From: Octopus sinensis
Lineage: Eukaryota
Assembly: GCF_006345805.1 (NCBI RefSeq)
Contig: NC_043010.1
Location: 58,962,001-59,026,000 of the forward strand
Direction of reading: 5' to 3'
Length of the DNA stretch: 64,000 nt
In this document: piece by piece, positions 25,050 through 37,297 of the stretch
Numbering within the stretch: the stretch's first letter is position 1
Layout of the letters: every line of letters starts with the position of its first letter
Program-made: the position numbers and the translations under genes
Notes under the pieces: model-generated
Seen by the model: only the letters and a program-made list of their open reading frames with translations
Told to the model about the DNA's origin: nothing
Databases searched by the model: none

Positions 25050-27990
25050 TGACGGGTGTTCAAGCTGGTCACTAACAAAGCAATTAGACTTTCTGAGTTC
25101 AGAAAGCTCCTGGTGTTTATAAATATGAGGTTGAGCGAAGGTGTTGGTTGACCTGTCAATGCATTTACCCAAATCTGTGCATCGTTTCATCTAAAGAATC
25201 TCACATGGAGAATCTTTTGAATGTCTCGCAAATCTTCACTGTGCCACTAATCGATTGGATTTTGAGAATCCACATCAGTTTATTTTGCTCTTTCTTCAAA
25301 AACCTAGTATTTGTAGGTTTTTGTGTAAATTTCTAAGTAAATAGTTTTATGCACCTATGAGGATAAGTACAAAGGAGAATTTATAGTCAAGGTACAAAGA
25401 GCTGTAAGTTCCAAGTTCCGCATCAATTTACCTTAATTGTTCACTTTTCCCTGGACTTTTGATTCTGCACTCACATCTGTACAGTTTGTACATAACATTC
25501 AAGCATGCTAGTGGACCTGTAGTTTTTAGACACATATGCCTCTTTGTTCTTGGGAATAACAGTAGTCTAGACAACCGTCAGCCAATCTGGTATGTCTAGC
25601 TCAGGGAAAAAGGACCACAAGAATTTCCCTGCAGAACATTGAGCTATTTGTATGAGCAGCCTATTATCAGGTTTCTCCCAAGTGGTTTTCCGTTCAGCAG
25701 TTTCATAATAACTGTCAACAGCATCTCTCTCTCGTAATGTTTTATATTTGGGGAGAGGGATTCATACAATATTCACTTTGTAATTCATTTAACCTTGCTC
25801 CATTATGGTTGCATTCTTTCTTTACGTCCCAGATTTGCCACCAGCATCATTCTGGATCTTCCTGGGGAAGACCATTTACCCACCTTGACCGCATCACCTT
25901 TCATACTGTAATGTACAGCTTGTGGGGTTTGAGCCAACTTTTGCTTTATCATTTTTCATTCAGGTGGGTTTCTTCACAGTAATGAAGTTTTTCACTTACC
26001 ACTCGTAGGTTGAGTTTGAGGATGGTCAATTTGCTTGGGAGGGACTCTCAGCCGCAGTTCCCATACAATTAGGAGAATCTATCATGAATTCATAGCTGTT
26101 GATTCATCATCCTCCTCCTCATCATCATCATCATCACCATTTAACGTCCATTTTCCATGCTGGCATGGGTTAGATGGTTTCACTGGAACTGGTAAGCCAG
26201 AGAGCTGCACCAGGTTCCATAATCTGATTTGGCATGGTTTCTATGGCTGGATGCCCTTCCTAATGCCAACCACCCTACAGAGGGTACTGGGTGTCGTTAA
26301 CGTGTCACCAGCATGGATGTCCTTCACATGTCACTGGCACTGGCCAGGACCACAATTTCACTTGGCTTGATGCGGCTTCTCACTTGTCACCACCTCTGTG
26401 AAGCTCAAAGCCAAAGATCATATTCACCACTTCCTCTGATGTCCTCCTGGGTCTCTCAGTTCACTTCACAGTTAGTGACCGGCACTTCGTTATGCAGCTG
26501 GCCCTGTCCATACCCTGACCACACCAACGAAGTCTTCTCTCTTGCACACCACATCTGATGTCTCTTATGTCCAACTTTTCTCTCAATGCACTTACACTCT
26601 GTTGTACATGTACCCTGACATATTGCGCATTCAGTGGAGCATCCTGACTTCATTTCTTTCAAGCCTTCACATGTTCCCTGCAAGCACAGCCCATGTTTCA
26701 CTGCCACATGGCATAGTTACCTGTACACTGACATCATACAATCTGCCTTCCACTCTGAGGGAGAGGCCATTTGTTACCAACAAAACTAGTTCTCTCAACT
26801 TTGCCCAATGAATTCATTTCTAGTTTAGCATTTGCTGACAGTATGCAACACTCCTGTTTTTTCCTGTTTTCATTGATGTTATTTTGGAGGGAGGAAATCC
26901 ATTTTGGCTCAGTTTTATCCTTTTGGATTGGTTTCTTTTACTCCCATCTGTTGGTGCACAATAAAACAGGACATTTATTGTCCAAAAGCTGGGGGTTTGG
27001 ATTTGAGTCAGTTGTTCTCTTGCAGCATTGATCATGGATAACATCAATTCAGTGGAGATTTCCCCAACTCATGTTGGTAACATTCTTTCAAAAAGTACCT
27101 TATGTATATAACTAGTGAAGTTTGTGATTTTAGTATTTCATATTCCTCGCTTGTTTTCATGAAATTATAGTGGTTCCCCCCATGTCCAGGTGGTGGTGGT
27201 GGTGTTGGTGGTAGTTTGTTATTTCTGAGTTCATCTCGGTTGTGTTTCTCACCATTCACAATCTCTTCACAGAAAGAATTTTACCGTATTGTCAATATGA
27301 ATATAATCATTTGTATATTTTGGCTGAGTGGTTTGGCTTGGTAAGGTGGCATATTTCTTTCCATTTGCTGTTGTAATTGTTTCACAGAAAAATTTGAGAA
27401 ATTTTTCTGTATTTCTTATCCCAATATTCTTTAAGTCTCTTCACGAAGCCCATCAAGGGTTCTTCCTTAGCCTTTCTGTAGAACCTGTATAGGTCTTGGT
27501 TCAGTTCAAAAGTCCATTGGAACTTTCCTCAATCTACAGAAGCTGATTCCAGGTTCTTTTGTCTCCATGGTATACGTATTGCTGTTTTCCACTTGCTTTG
27601 TATTTCACTGTTTGATTACTGCGACAACCTTTTCAAAACAAGGTTTTTTTCTTTACATTTACTCAAAGAAGATAACCATTTCTTTTACCAGGCTTGTATT
27701 AATGGCAAAAATTATAGGGGAGCGTCTTCATTATCCAGAGAAATGAATAGTCCTTTATGCCAATGTGTCTGTATTCAACACCAAGGGGGAGCTGACAGGT
27801 TCCTGGCTTTAAGGGTATTGCAAAGGGCCTGGTTAGAGGTGCAACCTTCCAAGTTCTTTTACAGGGCTTGGAACAACTGAAGGATCACTGCAACAGATGT
27901 GTGAATCTGTGAGGGGAATATGTTGAATAAAATCATAATTAATTGATCCTCCTGAATTTTATTTTATCCAAAGCCAGGAACTAATCAGAA
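25050..27990 (-). mobile_element. Highly decayed 5' region of an R4/Dong-like LINE, interrupted by an RTE 3' end
   Basis: FQWTFELNQDLYRFYRKAKEEPLMGFVKRLKEYWDKK (~27400-27530) and VDSQNPID*W...NDAQIW (~25170-25290) resemble the N-terminal region of RLE elements; boundaries uncertain. Confidence 0.5.
26105..26830 (-). mobile_element. RTE-clade LINE 3' end with (GAT)n tail
   Basis: GLSLRVEGRLYD...GSETWAV...RLERNEVRML...QSVSALREKLDIRDIRCGVQERRLRW, running into the same tail as SINE family B. Confidence 0.9.
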
Positions 27991-28017
27991 GCCCCTTGCA
28001 TGCATGACTGGCTGGCT

Positions 28018-28039
28018 GGATGGATGGATGGTTGGATGG

Positions 28040-28075
<36 letters not shown>

Positions 28076-28172
28076 ATGGTTGGATGGATGGATGGATGGA
28101 TGGATGGATGGATGGATGGATGGATGGCCAGCTAGCTGGTTGGATGGATGAATGGATGGATGGATGGATGGG
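28018..28172. repeat. (GGAT)n microsatellite
   Basis: Directly visible. Confidence 0.95.
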
Positions 28173-29010
28173 TGTATATACATGTATATAAATTTAAGAC
28201 CAGCTCAAATATGCTTGAGAGATATTGAATATTGAACAAAACTTTTTCACTACAGTTTCCTCTGCAGAAAAATTCCTCATTTCAGAGTAAAAGGTGAAAC
28301 AGGTTTATTGTAACCGTATGTGCTTTTTTGTGCTATCAGGATGTTTTGGTCAAAAATGGTCAAGATGTTGATGAAGTTTGGTAAAGTTGAGAGGGCTGCA
28401 GTCTGGTAAATTCACAGACCATGGAAATCGATGATAGGAGAAATATTATGGTAAGCTTAACTTTTATTTGATGTTATGAAACAGCCTGTATTTAGTGACT
28501 TATCCATCATTCTTTTTCACCACATTCAGTTCTTCTCAGCTGTCTCTGGGAGTTGTTTCCTTGTCACTCTTCTTTTACAACCCTCCATTCCAAGCTGACT
28601 CAGTACTTGGCACATGGACACTCTGACAAAAACCCCGTGCCCCAACTTCCACTGGCCTTACTTATGCAACTGTTTGTGAAGGCGCATGGCTTAGTGGTTC
28701 GGGCATTTGGCTCACAATCTTTTTTACACTAGGTGCACAGCTAAAGGATAATCTCAAGGTAGGTCTAGACACCGCTACACATACCACACACCCCATCCCC
28801 ACAGGAGCACCACATTAATAATATACACTTTCCCCACTTCGAGATAACTCTTGCCGGCTTCACAGCATACCCAACCAAGGGACATAACTCCTAAACTAAT
28901 CCCCTGGTCCCTGGCCCCTTTTTCATTCCACCACCTTTTTCACAGCAGCCACTGACCAGTTGTGCCAATCCACCTCTGACAATAGAAATCAATCACCATA
29001 TTCCCTTCCA

Positions 29011-29097
29011 TATCAGCTAACTCTGATGAGCGTAAAGTTGTATTATTGGTTTGTTACCTAACACTCCATTATATTCTTTACGTGAAACTAATTGATA
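29011..29097 (+). ncRNA. Hammerhead-like motif with 8-bp stem II and long loop, 3' end damaged
   Basis: CUGAUGA (29023-29029), GCGUAAAG/CUUUACGU stem around a 38-nt loop, then GAAAC (29084-29088); no intact GUH plus stem I after it. Confidence 0.55.
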
Positions 29098-29215
29098 AGA
29101 CCAGCCATGATGAATATTTAATACTATACATTTCAGACAATATAACCACTCTACTGACAGATATACGAGTGCACCTTTTCCCTGACTTATGATCTCTTAG
29201 ACAACTCACATATTC

Positions 29216-29246
<31 letters not shown>

Positions 29247-29376
29247 GACACACACATGCGCTCACACACACACACACACAGACACACACAAACACATACA
29301 TATAAATGTGTGTTTGTGTATGTATATATATCATCATCATCATCATCTAACATACTAGCATGGGTTGGATGATATA

Positions 29377-30619
29377 CAGGGTGCATAAGATATTTGAGGA
29401 CAGATTTATGTTCATAAAAAAAACAGATATATAATAACAGATAATAACTTTATCAAAAATTGCTATGAAGATAAAAAAATAAACCTTCTTTTCTATAATG
29501 TAATTCAATAAAGCTACCTTCAGCTACAACAACTGCTTCTAAATGAGATCTAAATCACCTACATATGCGATTCAAGTGATCCTGGTTCATTTTGGGCATT
29601 ACTCTGACTATGGCAGTTTTCAAAGAATCTTTGGTGTTATGGGCATGCTCCTTGACCTCTCTCACAACAATGCTCCACTTATAATAGTCTAACAGATTGA
29701 GATCTGGAGAATTAGGAGGCCAAATGTTAGGGGTTATGTGATCGTGAACATTTTTAGCCATCCTTTCCTGTGTTTACTAGAGCCATGTCTGATAGTGCAG
29801 AGTCTTACTGAAACACATATGGCCTTCCATTGTATACACTGTCAATCCAGGGCTTAACAATTGTTTCCAGGACCTCACTGTAGGAGGCAGAGTTAACTCT
29901 AAGGCTTTGTGGAAAGAAGTAAGGAGGCATCATATGTCCTTCATCCATGAGAGTTGCAGGAAGTTTTGTATGCATAACACTTGGAACTTCAGAAGGATCT
30001 GTACATAAGCATCTGTCATTTCTTCTGCAAACTCTTTGATGCTGGTTGAAGTTTTTAACGTTTGAGAAAAACCAAATCAAATCTTTTTCTGCTGGATTTT
30101 TCAGTTTATTTAAGAGCCTTTTAGATCTGATACAGTGATTTTCTTTTGCTTTTTCTGACCAATTGACCTTTCCTCATCATATAAGACTTATATCTGATGT
30201 CTTTGTGGACATTTCTGACTGTTCCTTCTGACACATGGAGATCTTTTGCAATTGACCTCATGGACTTTCTGGGATTGTAATCAAATGGTCTGTTAAGCTT
30301 GCTGGATTAATTCAGGTGTTCTGATGATTTCAGAGCATTTAGAATGTCTTTTATGCTTTGATACTGGTGATACGTTTCCATCTTCAGTCTCTAACTCCTT
30401 ACAAGCTTTGTAGACGAAAGACCTGGCAACTTTTAAGAATCGAGATATTTCTAAATCGCTATGCTCAGCCTTTATACCAACAATAACAGCCTGCCTCTTC
30501 ATTTCTTGCGCAAGCTGAGGGTCTGCCATTATTATTTGCTGAAGCAAAGATTATATAGAGTTAGCAAAAAATGCAAAATTGCTGCAAAAAGTATCTTCTC
30601 AAATACCTTACACACCGTG
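29377..30619 (-). mobile_element. Full-length (1.24 kb) decayed Tc1/mariner DD37D (maT-like) transposon
   Basis: TIRs CAGGGTGCATAAGATATTTGAGGA / matching end at 30596-30619 (19/24), TA on the left; pseudo-ORFs with HTH (EMKRQAVIV...), WFFSN, FQ*DSA and WPPNSPDLNLLDYY; 37 residues between the second and third Asp after repairing one frameshift. Confidence 0.92.
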
Positions 30620-31273
30620 TGCATGTGTGTGTGCGTGCGTGTGTGTGTGTGTAAGTGTGTGCATGTGTGTGTGTGTGTGTGTTCATATATATGTTTATAT
30701 CTGTGTCGTGTTTGTGTATATTTATTTATTTATTTATAACAGCTCATATATTCACCATATGAATGTATGAATGTATACACAATATAAATGTATATACAAT
30801 ATGAATGTATACACACACAGATATATACATGTATGCACATATATGCATATGTATTTAGATAGATAGATATAGATAGATAGATGTCTATATGTATGTATGT
30901 ATGTATACATATACATATATATATATATCAGCAGTTGATCAATATAGTAAACGATAACAATAGCCTGTACGAGGTGATAGGTGAGTGAACCATTAAAATC
31001 TATAGCCCAACCCCAGTCCAACCCTGCCACTCCCTCTCTGCTCAGCCCTCTCTCCGTCGCTATTTGGCTAATGACCAAAGCAGTTTGTTGCTCACTCTGA
31101 CAGTTTGTAGTGAAGGTCTGCAGGTCACGGTTCCCATTTGAACCCCTGCCAATGGCAGCTAGACGACAAGAGAAGCTATTGTGGCTGTCATGTGACCAGA
31201 GGAAATATTGAAATTTAACCCCTGTTTTTGTGTGAAGTTTGACTGGTCAGTACTGCTTCAGTTGGTCTCCCTA

Positions 31274-31334
31274 CACTGGTCAGCCAGCCAGCACTGGTCA
31301 GCCAGCCAGCACTGGTCAGCCAGCCGGCACTGGC
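31274..31334. repeat. 18-bp tandem repeat (CACTGGTCAGCCAGCCAG)x3.4
   Basis: Directly visible. Confidence 0.95.
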
Positions 31335-31392
31335 ACAGCTATGGTGCTCTTACCACAGTACAAATATCTGTATGATATACATACATATATAC

Positions 31393-31437
<45 letters not shown>

Positions 31438-31725
31438 TACACACACACAAACACACAAACACACACACACACCCAATACACATATATATATATATACAAA
31501 TAGATACATATACATACATATACACACACAAGGCAATAAATATTTTTCTTTTGGAAATTTGTATTCATTTCACCATTTTCTGTAAGTACCAAAGAATTTG
31601 GTAAAGATTGTATGCATGCCAAATCTCCTGGTGTTACCCACGGTGGCAAGAATATAATTCCAAAGTCACCAGTCATATGATGGGTAATGCACTAGAGTGC
31701 ATGTATATATATGTATGTATGTATG

Positions 31726-31766
<41 letters not shown>

Positions 31767-31770
31767 ATAT

Positions 31771-32157
31771 TCTTTTATTCTTATATATGTTTCAGTCATC
31801 TGACTGCTGCAGCCATGCTGGAGCACCGTCTTTAGTCAAAGAAAACAACCCCAGGACTTATTCTTTGTAAGCCTTGTACTTATTCTATCAGTCTCTTTTG
31901 CTGAACCACTAAGTTATGGGGACATAAACACACCAACATCAGTTGTCAAGCGATATTGGGGGGAACAAACACATACACACACACACACACAGATAGATAG
32001 ATAGATGATGGGCTTCTTTCAGTTTCCGTCTCCCAAATCCACTCACAAGGCTTTGGTTGGCCCAAAGCTATTGTAGAAAACACTTGCCCAAGGTGCCACA
32101 CAGTTGAACTGAACCTGGAACCATGTGGTTGGGAAGCAAGCTTCTTACCACACACCC
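31771..32157 (-). mobile_element. SINE family A copy
   Basis: Reverse complement of 8262-8672 with internal (CA)n(GATA)n. Confidence 0.9.
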
Positions 32158-32208
32158 ATATACATATATATACATATATATATATATATACATACATATA
32201 TATTTTTA

Positions 32209-32410
32209 TATTTCGGAATGGTCATTTTGCCAGTTTAGCCAATAAAAACACACGCACTGTATATTTGGTGTTATTTTGCTTCAGTGTTATTTATTTTTTA
32301 CATAGATTAAGATTAATGTAAAAAATAAATAACACTGAAGCAAAATAACACCCAATATATAATGCATGTGTTTTTATTGGCTAAACTGGCAAAATGACCA
32401 TTCCGAAATA
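32209..32410. repeat. Fold-back palindrome, 95-bp arms, 12-nt loop
   Basis: Arms 32209-32303 and 32316-32410 differ at 4 positions. Confidence 0.95.
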
Positions 32411-33689
32411 CAACAATATCTGTTTCAACACACGACTTCACATAAAAAATCTTGCACAACAAATTTATAAACGTATATATATAATATTATATATACATAT
32501 ATACATCAACAGTATAATAAAAACAATTTGACATTAATCTTCAGAGTGACTCTATACTTTTGTAGAGTACAGATTTATTGTTCTTAAACCTGAATCTTAC
32601 TGACAGTGACTTTTTTGGCCACCTCAGCCATCATTGGTCTGCAACATACAGTTACTCTTGACTTTATATAGTGTCTGTTGAACGAAAGATCTTCCTTGGG
32701 TTTGAGTGGAGTGGTAATTAGGTGGTTAGGGTTAGGGTTGGGATAGAGGGGTGTTTTGAAGAAATTTTTATTCATTAAATTCGAGGTTATGTTGTTGTTG
32801 TTGTTTAGAATTTATTCATGTCTGTAGAACTTAGGAAGGGTTTATGTTTTGGGGTTTTCCTTTGCCAGGCAGGCACAGGATGCCTGAGTAGTTTGCTTTC
32901 GGTTTTATTGGATTTAACCCTTTGCTTTCACAACATAGTGGTCAAAGGTCAGTATTTAGAACCTTAATGACTGGGCTTGTCAACTTGTTTGAAATGGAGT
33001 TTTTTTAGGGGTTCATAAAAGAATGTAAGTATGTTTTAGCTGGTCAATTTCTTTACTTGTTATTTACAGTATTTCCTATTTTCATTTGAAAGGTGGTGGT
33101 CATTAGGCATGTCAAAGGGTCTTGGTTAGGCACAGAGGTTGTTGGTCTGAAAGATTTTCTCCGGGTATTCATTGTTCTATAAGCAATTTGATCTGAATAT
33201 AGGGATTTTAACCCTTGTGTTTTGTGGAGGTAGAATTTGTGGGTTGTATGTTTATAGATATTTCTTCAATTCTGTTTCAATAGAGGTATTTTATAATGTA
33301 GGCCTCCGCATATAAACGAAAGTGGGGCGTTATAAAGCGGGGTGTATATATTCATGCATAAAAATGGGAATGAAAAATAAATGATTTAAAATGTTCAAAT
33401 TAAAAATTTAGAAAAAGAAAAGAAAATATTGAAAAGGATAATAAAAGAAAAGGGTTTTCCAACTTGCTCCCATATAAATATATATATTGTGTATGTGGGG
33501 GGGGTCTACTTATATATAAAAAATTTTTGTGAGGATTTTGGGTGAAGAAAAGGAAACTTTTAGATAATTTCTGGAGTATTTGTTTAGTGTAAAAATGTGA
33601 AAGTGAGTTTTTTTTTATGTATATGGGAATAATTTATGGTGTAGGTGGAGAGAAGGGAGTTGGTGAGACATTAAACATGTTCAGCCATT

Positions 33690-34410
33690 AGAAAAATTAC
33701 TGGTTTCAAATGTTTTAGTGCTTTTAAAATTTTGTGCTTGCACAAATAGACTAGTTCAGAGTTTTGGTTCATGAATGTTAGAATGTGGTAGGATTTATTA
33801 GTACAGAGTAGGCAGGCTTTGTTGTTTCTTTGGTATGATTGTGTGTGTGAGAATATTTTCCAATTGATGCTAAACAGAGTATTTTTTTATTTTGATTGCC
33901 ATTTATGTTTGGATAGTGAAGTATCATTTTTGTTGTTTGGATTGTGAAAGGCATATGTGTGTTGATTGTATGATATCTTCAGCTGGTTTTCTGTACATCC
34001 TACACGTGTAGATATAGTAGTTGGTGTCATGTTCATGGTTACTGTGGTGCAATATACAATATTGTTTGAGAGACAGTTTCCTTCTAAAAGAAAGGATAAA
34101 GGTGTTCTACAATTACAATTGTTATTATGTGTGTAGTTTGGGCTTTCACTTTTACATGGTTTTTGCCTGCAGTTTCTCAAAGTTGTTGGTAGTGGAGTAT
34201 GACAATTTTACTATGTGTCTCTTTTTTTATTAGTTTCTTGTACATATTGTTAGGGTGAAGGTGTTTTCGCAGTATTTTGAAAAATAAAATTTAGTTATCG
34301 GTATAAGAGTTTCCTTTTTCTATTCCATTGCATTTTATTTACTGTGTGGGGTTTCTTGTTCCTGTACTGCACTTTAAAACTGCTTTTATTGAGATCTTCA
34401 TTGTATGGAA
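33690..34410 (-). mobile_element. Penelope-like retroelement remnant (end of RT thumb and GIY-YIG endonuclease)
   Basis: NCNCRTPLSFLLEGNCLSNNIVY...VGCTENQLKISYNQH...NKNDTSLSKHKW...INWKIF...KACLLC; 32560-33690 may be its 3' UTR/pLTR. Confidence 0.85.
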
Positions 34411-34505
34411 GCTCTCAATAAAAAATGAAAAAAAATAACTGCAACCAAACACAGAAAGAAGAGACCCACTATGCTAGGACTGAAGTATGGTTTTAGCCCT
34501 TAAAG

Positions 34506-34741
34506 CAGTGGTGGTCAACCAGGGTCCACATAAGATTTTGTTGTTAAAAATGATGTGCATTAAATTGGTTCTACTTCTACAATACAAAATATTTTGACAA
34601 TTTTATACAATTCCTGATAATGTTCAATTATGAGAATATAAAAGGATTTTTTAGACATTGATTGGCTGTGGGGGGGGGGTCGAGTTGAGTAAAAGAGGAA
34701 TCAAAGGGGTCTGTGGGTAGAAAAAGGGTTGAGAAGCACTG
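34506..34741. mobile_element. hAT (Charlie-type) MITE, 236 bp
   Basis: TIRs CAGTGGTGGTCAACC / GGTTGAGAAGCACTG with perfect 8-bp target duplication CCTTAAAG (34498-34505, 34742-34749). Confidence 0.92.
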
Positions 34742-34839
34742 CCTTAAAGTAAAGATAATAATGATGATAATGGAGGTGTTCTTGGATGGGGTGGTCATGG
34801 TTGTTGGGCTTGTAGTAGACGTATGGGTGTATGTGTGGT

Positions 34840-35285
34840 GGTGGTGGCAGCGGTGGTAGTGGAGGTGGTGGTGAACATGGGGATGGTATTGAGATTTTAG
34901 AGGAAGTAATTGGGTGGTGGTGGTGGTGGTGGCGGCGGCGGCGGCAGCAGCGATGGTGGTGGTGGTGGTGGCGGCGGCGGCGGCGGTGGTGGTGGTGGTG
35001 GTTTTGGTGGTGGTGGTGGTGATGGTGGTGGTGGTGGTGGTGGGGTGGTGGTGGTGGTGGTGGTGGTGGGGTGGTGGTGGTGGCGGCGGCGGCGGCGGCG
35101 GCGGTGGTGGTGGTAGTGGTGGTGGTGATTTTGGTGGTGGTGGTGGTGATGGTGGTGGTTGTAGTGGTGGTGGCGGCGGCGGCGGCAGCAGCGATGGTGG
35201 TGGCGGCGGCGGCGGCAGCAGCGATGGTGGTGGTGGTGGTGGTGTGGTGGTGGTGGTGGTGGTGGTGGTTGTGGTAGTGGTAGTA
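34840..35285. repeat. (GGT)n/(GGC)n trinucleotide field (similar at ~24050-24510 and ~37555-37765)
   Basis: Directly visible; explains the poly-Gly/Pro/Thr/His ORFs. Confidence 0.95.
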
Positions 35286-35769
35286 ATGGTATTGATGATG
35301 TTATACATGTCATATTACAAATATAAATAGAATGGATTTGGTTCTTGAAAATAGCATGTCACTGTGTGTGTGTGTGTGCATGTGTCTGTGTGTGTGTGTG
35401 AGTGTGAGTATGTGTGTGTGCGTGTGTGTCTTGAGTTATATATGTGTGTGTTTATGCATGTGTCTGTGTATTACGTGTATAAACATCAGCAGACAGATGT
35501 GTACATATATATATATACACACATATATATGCTTAAATATGTGTTTGTGTGTGTGTACGTGTTTTCTTCATATGTATATATACATATATACTTATACATA
35601 CATATATATATATAGGTACAAGTATATATGTATATATACATACACACACACATACATATATAAATTCATATATATATATTGATTGATAGATAGATAGATA
35701 GATATAGATATAGATATAGATATATATACATATACATTTATACATGCACACATATATATTATACACACA

Positions 35770-35799
<30 letters not shown>

Positions 35800-35808
<9 letters not shown>

Positions 35809-35931
35809 TATATAATTATATATATATATATATATATACATATATATACATATATATATATATACATATATATACATGCATATATATATACATACATATA
35901 TGTATATATATATATACATATATATATATAC

Positions 35932-35978
<47 letters not shown>

Positions 35979-36493
35979 TATATATATAAAGATATATACA
36001 TACATATATACATACGTACATTCATATATATATTATATATATATATATATATTATATATATATATACACACATACATACATACATACATACATACATACA
36101 TGCATATACGTATTCATATACATATGTATACATATATATTATACACACACACATATATATGTACATATATATATACTTACTTACATATATACGCACGTGT
36201 GTGTGCGTGTTCAGCACATATCTAGTCTGTGTGTATGTGTACACCTATATATCACATATACATACAAATGCACACAGACAATCACACGCGTGTGCACTAT
36301 CATCATCATCGTCATCATCATGATATAAATGTGTGCATTTGTGTGTGTATATGTATGTCGGTGAACACATACACACTTCGACTAGACACTTGCAGTTTGT
36401 GATTATATTTATGTACATGTATATAAATACAGACATTCAACAACACATACATATATACAAATATGTAATATATCCATATGATATACACACACG

Positions 36494-36524
<31 letters not shown>

Positions 36525-36540
36525 CTATATATATATATAT

Positions 36541-36577
<37 letters not shown>

Positions 36578-37259
36578 TGTATACATATATATATATATAT
36601 ACATATATATACATGCATATATATATACATACATATATGTATATATATATATACATATATATATATACATATGTATATATATATATATAATATATATATA
36701 TATACACATATATATATATATATAAAGATATATACATACATATATACATAACGTACATTCATATATATATATATAAAGATATATACATACATATATATAT
36801 ATACACACATACATACATACATACATACATACATACATGCATATACGTATTCATATACATATGTATACATATATATTATACACACACACATATATATGTA
36901 CATATATAATATACTTACTACATATATACGCACGTGTGTGTGTGCGTGTTCAGCACATATCTAGTCTGTGTGTATGTGTACACCTATATATCACATATAC
37001 ATACAAATGCACACAGACAATCACACGCGTGTGCACTATCATCATCATCGTCATCATCATGATATAAATGTGTGCTTTTGTGTGTGTATATGTATGTCGG
37101 TGAACACATACACACTTCGACTAGACACTTGCAGTTTGTGATTATATTTATGTACATGTATATAAATACAGACATTCAACAAACACATACATATATACAA
37201 ATATGTAATATATCCATATGATATACACACACGTATATATATATATATACATATAATAT

Positions 37260-37270
<11 letters not shown>
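35800..37270. repeat. ~740-bp tandem duplication within a (TA)n field
   Basis: Unique markers such as TCAGCACATATCTAGTCTG occur at 36211 and 36950, with near-identical surrounding sequence. Confidence 0.9.

Positions 37271-37297
<27 letters not shown>

Noticed and set aside
28680-28720. tRNA-like head GGCGCATGGCTTAGTGGTT (similar at 47255-47330)
   Set aside because: No complete cloverleaf; SINE head fragments, not tRNA genes.
32724-32740. GGTTAGGGTTAGGGTT telomere-like sequence
   Set aside because: Only about two TTAGGG units, expected by chance.
34628-35330. 226-aa Pro/Thr/His ORF and opposite-strand Gly/Val ORFs
   Set aside because: Open in several frames on both strands because (GGT)n/(GGC)n lacks stops.
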